A stretch of 64,000 bases of DNA from the NCBI GenBank assembly GCA_021814695.1, contig JAKAHY010000001.1:45278-109277 (forward strand). Reading direction: 5' to 3'. Below the pieces are notes generated by a model. It saw only the letters and a program-made list of their open reading frames with translations, searched no databases and was not told the DNA's origin. The translations under genes were made by a program, and so were the position numbers. Shown piece after piece: positions 1-8,817 of this stretch. Numbering within the stretch: position 1 is the first letter of the stretch; each line of letters opens with the position of its first letter. Source of the stretch: a bacterium (GTDB lineage Bacteria > Patescibacteriota > Minisyncoccia > UBA6257 > JAGOQP01).

Positions 1-546
1 AAGTATGCTTTTGGATACCTAAAAAAAGAAAACGGAGTCCATCGGCTGGTCAGAATATCGCCATTTTCTCCACAATCCCTGAGGCACACCTCATTTGCTT
101 TAGTTGAAGTTCTTCCCAAAATTGAAGAACATACTCTTAAATTTGACGAAAAAGATTTGAAAGTTGAATTCTTTCGTTCATCCGGCCCTGGAGGACAGAA
201 CGTTAACAAAGTTGAAACAGCCGTGAGAATAGTACATGTGCCTACGGGGTTGGTGGCTTCATCACAAGTCGAACGTTCTCAATCTCAAAACCGGGAATTG
301 GCGATGAAAATTCTTGAGGCAAAGCTGATTCAATTAATGGAAAAGGAGCGGGTGGATGAGATAAATAAACTGAGAATCAAAGTTAAGCCCGAATGGGGGA
401 GTCAAATACGCTCTTATGTGCTTAATCCTTATCAGCTGATAAAAGACCACAGAACGGAATACGAAACCTCTAAAATTCATGAGATTCTTGAAGGTGGATA
501 TTTGGACGACTTTATAGAGGCTGAACTTACAAGTAAGGATATATAA
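1..546 (+). CDS. prfB: Peptide chain release factor 2 (3' portion; gene starts upstream of window)
   Basis: Frame 1 is open from nt 1. It carries GVHRLVRISPF (the SPF motif), the SSGPGGQNVNKVETAVRI GGQ motif, and the RF2-like C-terminus YVLNPYQLIKDHRTEYE. Confidence 0.85.
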   Translation, partial: KYAFGYLKKENGVHRLVRISPFSPQSLRHTSFALVEVLPKIEEHTLKFDEKDLKVEFFRSSGPGGQNVNKVETAVRIVHVPTGLVASSQVERSQSQNRELAMKILEAKLIQLMEKERVDEINKLRIKVKPEWGSQIRSYVLNPYQLIKDHRTEYETSKIHEILEGGYLDDFIEAELTSKDI

Positions 547-603
547 AAATTTAAATATATAAAGTCGTTTATATGTTTGCATATTTATATCTTTAAACTA
601 TAA

Positions 604-1305
604 TTGATTGGTATGATAATTTTCCAAGGAGTTTCCAAGGGCTATAAGAGTAATGGCCATGAGTTGTTAGCGCTTGATAACGTCAGCTTTAAAATCAACC
701 CCAAGGAGTTTGTTTCGCTTGTCGGAAAATCCGGAGCCGGCAAATCGACCATAATAAAACTTTTAACCGGAGAAGAAGAGCCTACAAAAGGCCGTATTAT
801 TTTTGGCTCTTACGATGTAACCAAGCTTAAAACCAGTGAAATGTATCAGATGCGCCGGCACATCGGCACTATCTTTCAGGACTTTAAATTGCTTCCGGAA
901 AAGACCGCTTTTGAGAATGTGGCCTTTGCTTTGGAGGCGGCAGGAAGGCCGGAAAGCGAAATCAACGAACTGGTGCCAAAAGCTTTGGATATGGTCGGGT
1001 TGTCTTCAAAAGAGAAAAATTTCCCCAGAGAAATGTCGGGAGGAGAAAAACAAAGGGTGGCAATAGCAAGAGCGATGATTAACAATCCCGATGTTATTAT
1101 TGCCGACGAGCCCACAGGAAATCTGGATCCGATAAACAGCAACGATATTATAAAGTTACTTTTGAAAATCAACGAATTGGGGACAACAATAATTTTAGCA
1201 ACTCACAATAAGGATGTTATAAATAATCTTAGTAAGCGGGTTATCAGCCTTGAATCCGGCCAGATTATCCGCGATGAAGAAGAGGGTAAATATATCTTAT
1301 TTTAG
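604..1305 (+). CDS. ftsE: Cell division ABC transporter ATP-binding protein FtsE
   Basis: Walker A GKSGAGKST, the ABC signature LSGGEKQR and Walker B IIIADEPTGNLD. It lies immediately upstream of ftsX. Confidence 0.9.
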   Translation: MIGMIIFQGVSKGYKSNGHELLALDNVSFKINPKEFVSLVGKSGAGKSTIIKLLTGEEEPTKGRIIFGSYDVTKLKTSEMYQMRRHIGTIFQDFKLLPEKTAFENVAFALEAAGRPESEINELVPKALDMVGLSSKEKNFPREMSGGEKQRVAIARAMINNPDVIIADEPTGNLDPINSNDIIKLLLKINELGTTIILATHNKDVINNLSKRVISLESGQIIRDEEEGKYILF

Positions 1306-1327
1306 TAATTAATAATCAGTTACCAAA

Positions 1328-2236
1328 ATGATAACTACATTGGCAAGAATAATTAAATACGGGCGACAAAATTTTACCAGAAACGCATGGCTGTCGACGG
1401 CTACAATTGCGATTATGGCATTGGCTCTGACTGTTTTTGGCGGACTGCTTATATTTAACGTCATAACCAAAACAATAATTTCCAGTATAGAAAATAAAAT
1501 TGATATCAGTGTTTATTTTAAAAACACTACCGGAGAAGACGATATACTCAGGATAAAATCTACGCTTTCGAGTTTACCGGAAGTTCAGAACGTTGACTAC
1601 GTTTCAAAAGATCAGGCGTTGGAAATTTTCAAACAAAAACATCAAAGTGATCAGACTATATCTCAGGCAATCAGCCAGTTGAGCGATAACCCTCTTTTAG
1701 CTTCACTCAATATTAAAGCCAGAGACCCGAAAGAGTACCCGGTTATTTCCGCTTATTTAAATAACGATTCAATCCAGCCATTCATAGAAAATGTGTCATA
1801 TTCCCAGAATGCGGACGTTATAGACAGGCTTAATCGGATTTTAAGCACGGCTCAAAAAGGAGGTTGGGGACTAACCATTTTTATGTCCCTTATTGCCATC
1901 CTTATAACGTTTAATACAATTCGTTTGGCTATTTACTCTAACCGAGAGAGCATCAATATCATGCGTCTAGTCGGGGGCTCTAATTTCTTTATTCGCGGAC
2001 CGTTTCTGATTGAAGGAGTCTTGTACGGAGTAATATCGGCGATAATCAGCTTGCTTTTGATGGCCCCAATAATATATTTTGTTTCTCCTTATGCCAACGC
2101 GGTAATTCCCGAGCTTTATTTGTGGAGTTATTTTGCTTCAAGTTTTGTTCTGCTGCTGTTTTACCAGATTCTTTTTGGAATCGGATTGGGATTAGTTTCA
2201 AGCTTTATAGCGATAGGGAAGTATCTTAAGGACTAA
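1328..2236 (+). CDS. ftsX: Cell division permease-like protein FtsX
   Basis: N-terminal TM helix, a periplasmic domain and three C-terminal TM helices. It follows ftsE, and the MRLVGGSNFFIRGPF motif is typical of FtsX. Confidence 0.85.
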   Translation: MITTLARIIKYGRQNFTRNAWLSTATIAIMALALTVFGGLLIFNVITKTIISSIENKIDISVYFKNTTGEDDILRIKSTLSSLPEVQNVDYVSKDQALEIFKQKHQSDQTISQAISQLSDNPLLASLNIKARDPKEYPVISAYLNNDSIQPFIENVSYSQNADVIDRLNRILSTAQKGGWGLTIFMSLIAILITFNTIRLAIYSNRESINIMRLVGGSNFFIRGPFLIEGVLYGVISAIISLLLMAPIIYFVSPYANAVIPELYLWSYFASSFVLLLFYQILFGIGLGLVSSFIAIGKYLKD

Positions 2237-2267
2237 TAACTACACACGACCAATAATTTATAAATAA

Positions 2268-2295
2268 AAATAAATCCATCCGAAAGGCTGGATTT
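2268..2295 (+). terminator. Rho-independent terminator after ftsX (hairpin + T-run)
   Basis: aaataaatccatccgaaaggctggattttt gives a stem-loop followed by TTTTTG. Confidence 0.6.
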
Positions 2296-2300
2296 TTGTT

Positions 2301-2338
2301 TGTCCAGGTTATTTCACGATCGTGAAATAACCTGGACA
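2301..2338. repeat. 38-bp perfect palindrome (tgtccaggttatttcacgatcgtgaaataacctggaca)
   Basis: I read it directly. It is a perfect inverted repeat centred on GATC, flanked by two near-identical ~28-bp hairpin repeats at 2268-2295 and 2361-2389. Confidence 0.8.
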
Positions 2339-2387
2339 AATGGTTTTATAAATAATTTTAAAATAAATCCAGCCGAAAAGCTGGGTT

Positions 2388-2654
2388 TTATTCTCCGTAG
2401 AGATAGTACGAAAGCGGGCGTGAAAATCTGACAAGAGTTTTGAATTTTTCGAAATCGAACTCCGTCAGTCCAATAGCGATCATGGTCGCTTTACATCCGG
2501 TACTCGAGTGCCGCGCCAAAAGTTTTCGGCGAGCTTCAATGAAGTTGATTTTTATAGGGTCGCGGTCAAGATATAACTTCTGCGTTCCTCTAAAATTACA
2601 ACAGGCACAGATACCCAACATCGTAAAACTTACGTATTGAAATCTATTAGGCAT
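2388..2654 (-). CDS. Hypothetical small protein (Cys-rich N-terminus)
   Basis: 88-aa ORF preceded by an AGGAGA SD (rc of 2659-2664). A hairpin with a T-run lies just 3' of its stop (2361-2389 on the - strand). Confidence 0.5.
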   Translation of the reverse strand: MPNRFQYVSFTMLGICACCNFRGTQKLYLDRDPIKINFIEARRKLLARHSSTGCKATMIAIGLTEFDFEKFKTLVRFSRPLSYYLYGE

Positions 2655-2757
2655 GGCCGTTTCTCCTGGTTCTGTATTAATTATATTTTATTAAGTAAGC
2701 TTCTGCAAGAAGTTCAAATGTTGAAAAGAAGCGTTTTTTATTGTATATTTCAGAAAT

Positions 2758-2828
2758 TGCCGGATCGTCTAATGGTAGGACACGTGCCTCTGGAGCACGG
2801 TATCTTGGTTCGAATCCAGGTCCGGCAG
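2758..2828 (+). tRNA. tRNA-Gln (anticodon CUG), CCA not encoded
   Basis: Cloverleaf: acceptor TGCCGGA/TCCGGCA (U1:A72), 3-bp D-stem GTC/GAC, anticodon stem CGTGC/GCACG with loop CTCTGGA, T-arm CTTGG-TTCGAAT-CCAGG, discriminator G73 followed by GCA. Confidence 0.8.
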
Positions 2829-2900
2829 CACTACAAAAAATATACCCGCGATGGTATATTTTTTTAGTGCGGGGATTGATTTGAACCGCAATATAAAAAC

Positions 2901-3470
2901 GTGAAAAACGATAATTACACTCAAATATTTTTGGAAACTGTTAAAGACGAAGTCGATTTTTATGAAGTCCAAAAAATATTGAAAGAATATACTCAAGGCA
3001 ATATTTGGCTGATCGGAGGATTTGTTTACAGGAGTATTGTCAAAGGCCTATATGGAACCTCACGCCCGGATATAGATTTAGATTTTATAATAGAAAAACC
3101 AGAAAAAGATATTATATTCCCAGAAAATTGGAAAGAAATTAAGAATAACTACGGCAATACAAAATTCATAAGAAATGATGGGCTGATTGTTGATTTTATC
3201 CCACTAGACAACGTAAATTCTATTATTCGTAGAAATTTAAATTCAACTGTTGAAAACTTTCTGACTGGAACTCCTATGACTATACAATCGATTGCTTACG
3301 ATATTAGTAGGAATATTGTTATAGGGCCAATAGGCCTCAAAGCAATAAAAGATAAAACAGTAGCGATTAATAACATTGAAGAAGCCGAGATTTATGCAAG
3401 AAAGAAGAAGAAATCCATAAAGGAAATTATGCAACAAAAAGCCAAAGAGCTTGGGTTTAGAGTTTTGTAA
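2901..3470 (+). CDS. Pol-beta superfamily minimal nucleotidyltransferase-domain protein
   Basis: The motif GGFVYRSIVKG...SRPDIDLDFI is a GS-x9-13-DhDh NTase signature. The protein is 189 aa. Confidence 0.65.
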   Translation: MKNDNYTQIFLETVKDEVDFYEVQKILKEYTQGNIWLIGGFVYRSIVKGLYGTSRPDIDLDFIIEKPEKDIIFPENWKEIKNNYGNTKFIRNDGLIVDFIPLDNVNSIIRRNLNSTVENFLTGTPMTIQSIAYDISRNIVIGPIGLKAIKDKTVAINNIEEAEIYARKKKKSIKEIMQQKAKELGFRVL

Positions 3471-3616
3471 TAATCACCAAAAAAGTTATATTGTGGCACT
3501 GGTTTAAATTTTTGGAGTCGGTTTTAAATATATCGCGCAGGAGATCATTTAAAAACCGGTTACTTGTATTAATCCGGTGTTTGCTGATAAACTGAATAAA
3601 CAATTAAAAAATATAT

Positions 3617-3739
3617 ATGGGAAAAAGAAACACCAGCACTGGCAGGCGAAGACCGTCCAATTCGCATAAAACCAAGAAAAGACTGGAAGCAAAAAGGCTT
3701 ATGCTGGAAGCTAAGAAAAAGAAGCGTCACGTAAAATAA
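3617..3739 (+). CDS. Possible small basic protein (40 aa, MGKRNTSTGRRRPSNSHKTKKRLEAKRLMLEAKKKKRHVK)
   Basis: Unannotated ATG ORF, highly basic. A hairpin with a T-run (3754-3776) follows it directly. It may be a small ribosomal protein (L34-like?). Confidence 0.3.
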   Translation: MGKRNTSTGRRRPSNSHKTKKRLEAKRLMLEAKKKKRHVK

Positions 3740-3753
3740 AATCCAGACAACTA

Positions 3754-3776
3754 AAATCGCCAACAAGGCGATTTTT
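3754..3776 (+). terminator. Rho-independent terminator
   Basis: aaatcgcc-aaca-aggcgattt followed by TTTGG. Confidence 0.55.
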
Positions 3777-3998
3777 GGTATGATAGAAATAGATTTATAT
3801 AAGTCTTTCTGACTTCAGCCGGAATTGATAAATATGCCAGAAATTTACCGCTAATAATGAGAAATAATCTACTATAATAACTGTCTATTTGATGAATGGT
3901 TAAGCCGTGCTATGATGATCGAGTAACACGTTTATTTTTTGGAAGAATAGTCGAACCTCTCAATTATAGATTTATAAAATTAACAATCAATAAAAAAT

Positions 3999-4208
3999 AT
4001 GACTGGCAGTATCAAAAAGATAGTCGAAGGCAAAGATTTTGGATTTATCACTTCCGATGACCAGAAACCTGGTGATAAGGACGTATTCTTTCATAAGGAG
4101 TCTCTTGTTGGAGTGACATTGGATGAACTTAAAGAAGGAGACAAAGTGTCTTACGATGTTGAATCGTCAGATAAGGGACCAAAAGCTGTTAATGTAAAAA
4201 AGGCCTAG
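3999..4208 (+). CDS. cspA: Cold-shock protein (CspA family)
   Basis: KDFGFITSDD...DVFFH are the RNP1/RNP2-like motifs. The protein is 69 aa. A long AT-rich 5' UTR precedes it. Confidence 0.9.
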   Translation: MTGSIKKIVEGKDFGFITSDDQKPGDKDVFFHKESLVGVTLDELKEGDKVSYDVESSDKGPKAVNVKKA

Positions 4209-4224
4209 TTTGCCTCAAATATAA

Positions 4225-4247
4225 AAAGACCCATCCGGGTCTTTTTA
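4225..4247 (+). terminator. Rho-independent terminator after csp
   Basis: aaagaccc-atcc-gggtcttttt. Confidence 0.7.
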
Positions 4248-4304
4248 TAAAGCTGTAAAAACGTGTCCGGCATGGTATATTTTTGTTACGGTAATACATA
4301 ACCT

Positions 4305-5267
4305 ATGTTAATTGATGATGTTATTATAAAAGTATCGGCGGGCCATGGGGGTAAAGGATCCGCAGTTTTCAATAAAAACATGATGACCTTAGGACCGGCC
4401 GGCGGAAGTGGCGGGAGAGGGGGTAATGTTTATGTCGAAGGCGTTTCGGATTTAAGCGCATTAAATCAGTTTCGGTACAAAAAAGAGATTTCAGCCGAGA
4501 ACGGCCGAGATGGAAGAGGGCAATTCAAAGACGGCAATGACGGGAAAGATTTATTGATGAATGTTCCTATTGGTACGGTTATCCATAATTTGAGTAATGG
4601 AACAGAGATAGAAATAACGAAACTTGGAGAAAGGCTGCTTTTGGCTAAGGGTGGTAATGGCGGAAAAGGAAACTTTCATTTCCGTTCATCCCGAAATACC
4701 TCTCCGACAGAATACCAGTCAGGATTGCCTGGAGAAAAATTCGAGTTTCGTTTGGAACTCAAGCTTATTGCGGATATCGGGCTTGTCGGGCTTCCCAATG
4801 CCGGGAAATCAAGTCTTTTAAATAAAATAACAAGCACTAAGGCTAAAGTGGCCAACTATCCATTTACAACTCTTGAACCGAATCTTGGGGTGTATTACGA
4901 ATTGATTCTGGCAGATATTCCGGGGCTGATAGAAGGGTCTTCAACCGGTAGAGGATTGGGGGTCAAATTTTTGCGCCACATAGAACGAACCAGAATACTT
5001 TTTCATCTGATTTCTTCCGAGTCCGATTCTCCCAAAAGGGATTATAAAATAGTCCGCGATGAATTCGGGGCTTACAATAAGGAACTTTTAAAAAAACCCG
5101 AATATATATTCCTTAGTAAAAGTGATCTGTCGGACGAAAAATCAGTTGAAACAAAACTTAAAGAATTGAAAAAAATAAATCCAAATTCAATCGCCATTTC
5201 CATAAACGACGAGAAAAGCATGGAAAAGGTTAAAAAAATCCTCAATTCCATAAAAGCGGAAAAATAA
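4305..5267 (+). CDS. obg: GTPase Obg/CgtA
   Basis: Glycine-rich Obg fold (GGKGSAVF, GGSGGRGGNVY, GGNGGKGN), G1 GLVGLPNAGKSSLL and G3 DIPGLIEG. Confidence 0.9.
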   Translation: MLIDDVIIKVSAGHGGKGSAVFNKNMMTLGPAGGSGGRGGNVYVEGVSDLSALNQFRYKKEISAENGRDGRGQFKDGNDGKDLLMNVPIGTVIHNLSNGTEIEITKLGERLLLAKGGNGGKGNFHFRSSRNTSPTEYQSGLPGEKFEFRLELKLIADIGLVGLPNAGKSSLLNKITSTKAKVANYPFTTLEPNLGVYYELILADIPGLIEGSSTGRGLGVKFLRHIERTRILFHLISSESDSPKRDYKIVRDEFGAYNKELLKKPEYIFLSKSDLSDEKSVETKLKELKKINPNSIAISINDEKSMEKVKKILNSIKAEK

Positions 5268-5269
5268 TT

Positions 5270-6256
5270 ATGACGGTGAAAAATATTTATATAGCGACAG
5301 CTTCCGTTTGCGCAGTGATTATTGCGGTATTTGTTTTATACTTTATGTTTTTGAGTTCTCCCGGGGGTGGGGCCGAAACGCGTCAATTTATTGTCGGCAG
5401 AAATCAGACAAGCACTCCTGCAATTATCGGAATGCTTAAAATCCAAGGATTTATCAGAAGCGAATGGGTATTTGACTTACTACTCAATTTTTACGGTTCG
5501 GGGTCAATTTTACCCGGAGGTTATGCCATCTCGAAATCTATGAATGCCTTGGATGTTGCCAAATTACTGTCCAAAAATCCTTCACAATTATGGGTAGTAA
5601 TACCGGAAGGATTAAGAAAAGAAGAAATAGCAAATATTCTTTCTCAAAAACTGGGATGGACCGATTCTCAGAAATCGGAATGGATTACCAAAGATACGAC
5701 GGCCGACTCAAATTATTCAGAAGGAGTATATTTTCCCGATACTTATCTTATACCCGTTGGAGAAACTCCTATCCAAACGGCAAACCGTCTGAGAGCGCAT
5801 TTTGAAGAAAAATTTTCTCCATATTCAAAAACAGCGTCTGAAAAAAATATAAAGTGGACGACAGTACTGACATTGGCATCAATAATTCAGCGGGAGGCAG
5901 CCGGTACGGGCGATATGGCTTTAATTTCTGGAATCCTTTGGAATCGACTCTTGGCTTCGCCGCCGATGAAGCTTCAAATTGATGCTACGGTTCAATATGC
6001 TCGCGGAGATACCGGTGGCGGATGGTGGGCTCCGATTACGGTTGCGGATGAAAATATTAATTCTCCTTACAATACTTATCTTCATTCGGGCCTGCCACCG
6101 CACCCGATCTGTAATCCCGGAATTGAAGCAATCAAGGCTGCCTTGTCGCCGGAGACTACCGATTGCTTATATTACATCCATGATTCATCCGGAATAATAC
6201 ATTGTTCTGCAACTTATAAGGAACATCAGCAAAATATTCAGAAATATTTGAAGTAA
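5270..6256 (+). CDS. mltG: Endolytic murein transglycosylase MltG (YceG family)
   Basis: N-terminal TM helix and a YceG-like C-terminus (SPYNTYLHSGLPPHPICNPG, ...LYYIHDSSG). Confidence 0.85.
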   Translation: MTVKNIYIATASVCAVIIAVFVLYFMFLSSPGGGAETRQFIVGRNQTSTPAIIGMLKIQGFIRSEWVFDLLLNFYGSGSILPGGYAISKSMNALDVAKLLSKNPSQLWVVIPEGLRKEEIANILSQKLGWTDSQKSEWITKDTTADSNYSEGVYFPDTYLIPVGETPIQTANRLRAHFEEKFSPYSKTASEKNIKWTTVLTLASIIQREAAGTGDMALISGILWNRLLASPPMKLQIDATVQYARGDTGGGWWAPITVADENINSPYNTYLHSGLPPHPICNPGIEAIKAALSPETTDCLYYIHDSSGIIHCSATYKEHQQNIQKYLK

Positions 6257-6370
6257 AATTGATTTAAAATACAATTTTACCCCCATTTTAACTACTTGAT
6301 TTAAGCTTCGGCTCAAAGTAAACTGATACTCAGAAATTTGCTTTGACAACTGAAAAAGGAGGAGGAGAGT

Positions 6371-7165
6371 ATGGAAAAAGCCAAAGGGTTTCTCTTTGAT
6401 ATTACCAAATGTAAGCTCTGCGGAGCCTGCTGGATTGCCGATAAAGAACGCAACAAACTGCCGATTCCCGAAGGTGATTTCACGAAAGATAAGCTTTCGG
6501 AAAATGCTTTTTTGGAGATGGACAGAAGGCATGACAGAGGAGTCAGATTTTCCTGTATGCATTGCCTGATTCCTACCTGCGCTTCTGTTTGCCCCGTGGC
6601 TGCTTTCGAAAAGACTTCCATCGGCGCGGTAATTTATCACAAAGACCGTTGCATCGGATGCAGATACTGTGTTTTCGGGTGCCCGTTTAATGTTCCAAAA
6701 TATGAGTGGGATAAACCGCTTCCTTATGTAAGAAAGTGCGATTTCTGTTATTCCAGAATTATTGACGGCAAACAACCGGCATGCGCCCAAGCGTGTCCGA
6801 CAGGAGCCCTGATTTTTGGAAACAGAGATGATTTGATCCTCGAGGCTCATAGGCGCATAAGAGAAAACTCCAATTATGTTGATCATATATATGGTGAGCA
6901 TGAAGTTGGAGGAACGTCTCTTTTGCTGATTTCCGATATTTCCATGTATAAGCTTGGCTATCCGGGAAATTTGTCCGATGGGGCCGTACCGTCTTTGACT
7001 TGGGAAGTTTTGGAAAAGATTCCTAACGTAGTGCTTATAGGCGGAACATTTTTGGCCGGATTGTGGTGGCTTACCAACAGACGAAATGAAGTAATGCAAG
7101 CCGAATCAGGAAAGAAAGATAATTCTTCTGATACCGAGTCCGGAAGCGAGGGAGGTGGAAAGTGA
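6371..7165 (+). CDS. 4x[4Fe-4S] ferredoxin-type iron-sulfur subunit (HybA/PsrB/NrfC/DsrO-like) with C-terminal TM anchor
   Basis: Four Cys clusters: CKLCGAC, CMHCLIPTCASVCP, CIGCRYCVFGCP and CDFCYS...CAQACP. Strong SD AAGGAGGAGGAG. No obvious signal peptide. C-terminal hydrophobic helix. Confidence 0.85.
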   Translation: MEKAKGFLFDITKCKLCGACWIADKERNKLPIPEGDFTKDKLSENAFLEMDRRHDRGVRFSCMHCLIPTCASVCPVAAFEKTSIGAVIYHKDRCIGCRYCVFGCPFNVPKYEWDKPLPYVRKCDFCYSRIIDGKQPACAQACPTGALIFGNRDDLILEAHRRIRENSNYVDHIYGEHEVGGTSLLLISDISMYKLGYPGNLSDGAVPSLTWEVLEKIPNVVLIGGTFLAGLWWLTNRRNEVMQAESGKKDNSSDTESGSEGGGK

Positions 7166-8724
7166 AAAAACTTCTGAAGTCGGTAAGGCTTTGGTGGCTA
7201 TTACCGATGGCGGTTTTTGGAGCCGGCGGATACAGCATCTTCGTAAGATTCGTTAAAGGACTAGGAGCAAGCACTCATCTTAGCGACTCATTCCCTTGGG
7301 GTCTTTGGGTAGGATTTGATGTTTTGTGCGGAGTAGCGTTAGCTGCGGGAGCTTTTACTTTGAGCGCGGCAGTGTACGTTCTTCATCTTGAAAAATACAA
7401 ACCATTGGTGCGTTCCGCTATCCTGACCGGTACTATCGGATATCTTCTGGTTATTTTCGGTCTGATTATGGATTTAGGACATCCATACCGGATTTGGCAT
7501 CCGCTAATCATGTGGAATCCACATTCGGTGATGTTTGAAATCTCATGGTGTGTAACGCTGTACACGACCGTGCTATTTATGGAGTTCAGTCCGTTTCTGT
7601 TTGAAAAGCTGAAATGGAAAAAAGCTCTTAGGGCAGTGCACGCTGTAATCATTCCGCTTGTAATTTTAGGAGTCGTTCTATCAACGTTGCACCAGTCGTC
7701 ACTGGGGTCACTGTTTCTCATCGTACCTTATAAGCTGAATCCTCTATGGTATACGCCTTGGCTGCCGGTATTTTTCTTTATGTCGGCAATTGCTCTCGGT
7801 TGTGCCATGGTGATTGTTGAATCCTTCATCAGCTCGGTTCTGTTCAGAAGGGGATTGGAAATCGACCTTTTGTCAAATTTGGGCAAGGTTCTTGTTGTTA
7901 TTCTGTCCATTTATGGACTGGCGCGATACCTGGACTTGTCCAGTCGGGGCGCTCTCGGGTTAATTTTCCAACCAGGATTCGAACATGCGATGTTTTTGGC
8001 AGAGATTCTTCTGGCTATCATCGCTCCCATTGGCCTGCTCATATTTCCGAGAGTACGTCGGAATAAACTCGGATTGTTTATGAGTGCCACAATGGTTGTT
8101 GTCGGATTTATTCTCAACCGATTCAATACCAGCATGACCGGAATGGTCCGTTTCTCGGGAGTTAAATATTTACCGAGTTGGATGGAGATATCGGTATCTT
8201 TCATGTTGCTGACGATAGGGTTGATTCTTTTTGCTATAGCAGCCAAGCATTTGAAGATTTTTGACGAAGATTCTCCATGTCTATTACCATGGCAGACATG
8301 CAGGGATAATGTAGTTTGTTGTTTGCCGACTCCGGCCAAGGTTGCAATATTCTCAGCGTGGGCATTTGCATTGGTGCTGATTTGGACAGGAGTCAATGAC
8401 TTTGCAAGATTTAAGCCCTTGAATCATCCTACTCATACCGAATCGGCGGCCAAAAGCGAGCCTAATGATTTATCTCAATACCCTAATCTTCCTAAGGATT
8501 TTACCTTCTCTAAAACTGACCCGGACATTGGTTTGGTGACATTCAGCCATTCTGACCACTTTCTTGTTGGTGCCGAATGCAAGGATTGCCACGAGCATGC
8601 ATTCAGTATTATCAGTACCGATAAGAAAGGCGCAATAACTGATTATCATTCTCAAAAATATTGCGGCAGCTGCCATGACGGTAAATCGGCGAGTAACGAT
8701 TGTATCAGTTGCCACAAGAAATAA
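7162..8724 (+). CDS. NrfD/PsrC/HybB-like polytopic membrane subunit fused to a C-terminal triple-CxxCH (tri-heme cytochrome c-like) domain
   Basis: About 10 TM helices with the NrfD-like pattern (GLWVGFDVLCG...). The C-terminal ~70 aa carry CKDCHEH, CGSCHDG and CISCHKK. The start overlaps the FeS gene by 4 nt. Confidence 0.8.
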   Translation: MKKLLKSVRLWWLLPMAVFGAGGYSIFVRFVKGLGASTHLSDSFPWGLWVGFDVLCGVALAAGAFTLSAAVYVLHLEKYKPLVRSAILTGTIGYLLVIFGLIMDLGHPYRIWHPLIMWNPHSVMFEISWCVTLYTTVLFMEFSPFLFEKLKWKKALRAVHAVIIPLVILGVVLSTLHQSSLGSLFLIVPYKLNPLWYTPWLPVFFFMSAIALGCAMVIVESFISSVLFRRGLEIDLLSNLGKVLVVILSIYGLARYLDLSSRGALGLIFQPGFEHAMFLAEILLAIIAPIGLLIFPRVRRNKLGLFMSATMVVVGFILNRFNTSMTGMVRFSGVKYLPSWMEISVSFMLLTIGLILFAIAAKHLKIFDEDSPCLLPWQTCRDNVVCCLPTPAKVAIFSAWAFALVLIWTGVNDFARFKPLNHPTHTESAAKSEPNDLSQYPNLPKDFTFSKTDPDIGLVTFSHSDHFLVGAECKDCHEHAFSIISTDKKGAITDYHSQKYCGSCHDGKSASNDCISCHKK

Positions 8725-8817
8725 GAGATAAAAATTAATAATCAACGCAGTTGACTGTTCGGCTAAAAGTATTAAGATGAAGCCAGAAACTCACAACCAA
8801 CCCAAAAAGGAGGAGGC

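Noticed and set aside
6185-7099. 304-aa ORF on the - strand
   Set aside because: It is entirely antisense to the ferredoxin-type gene, which has clear 4Fe-4S motifs and a strong SD. The translation is low-complexity with no motifs.
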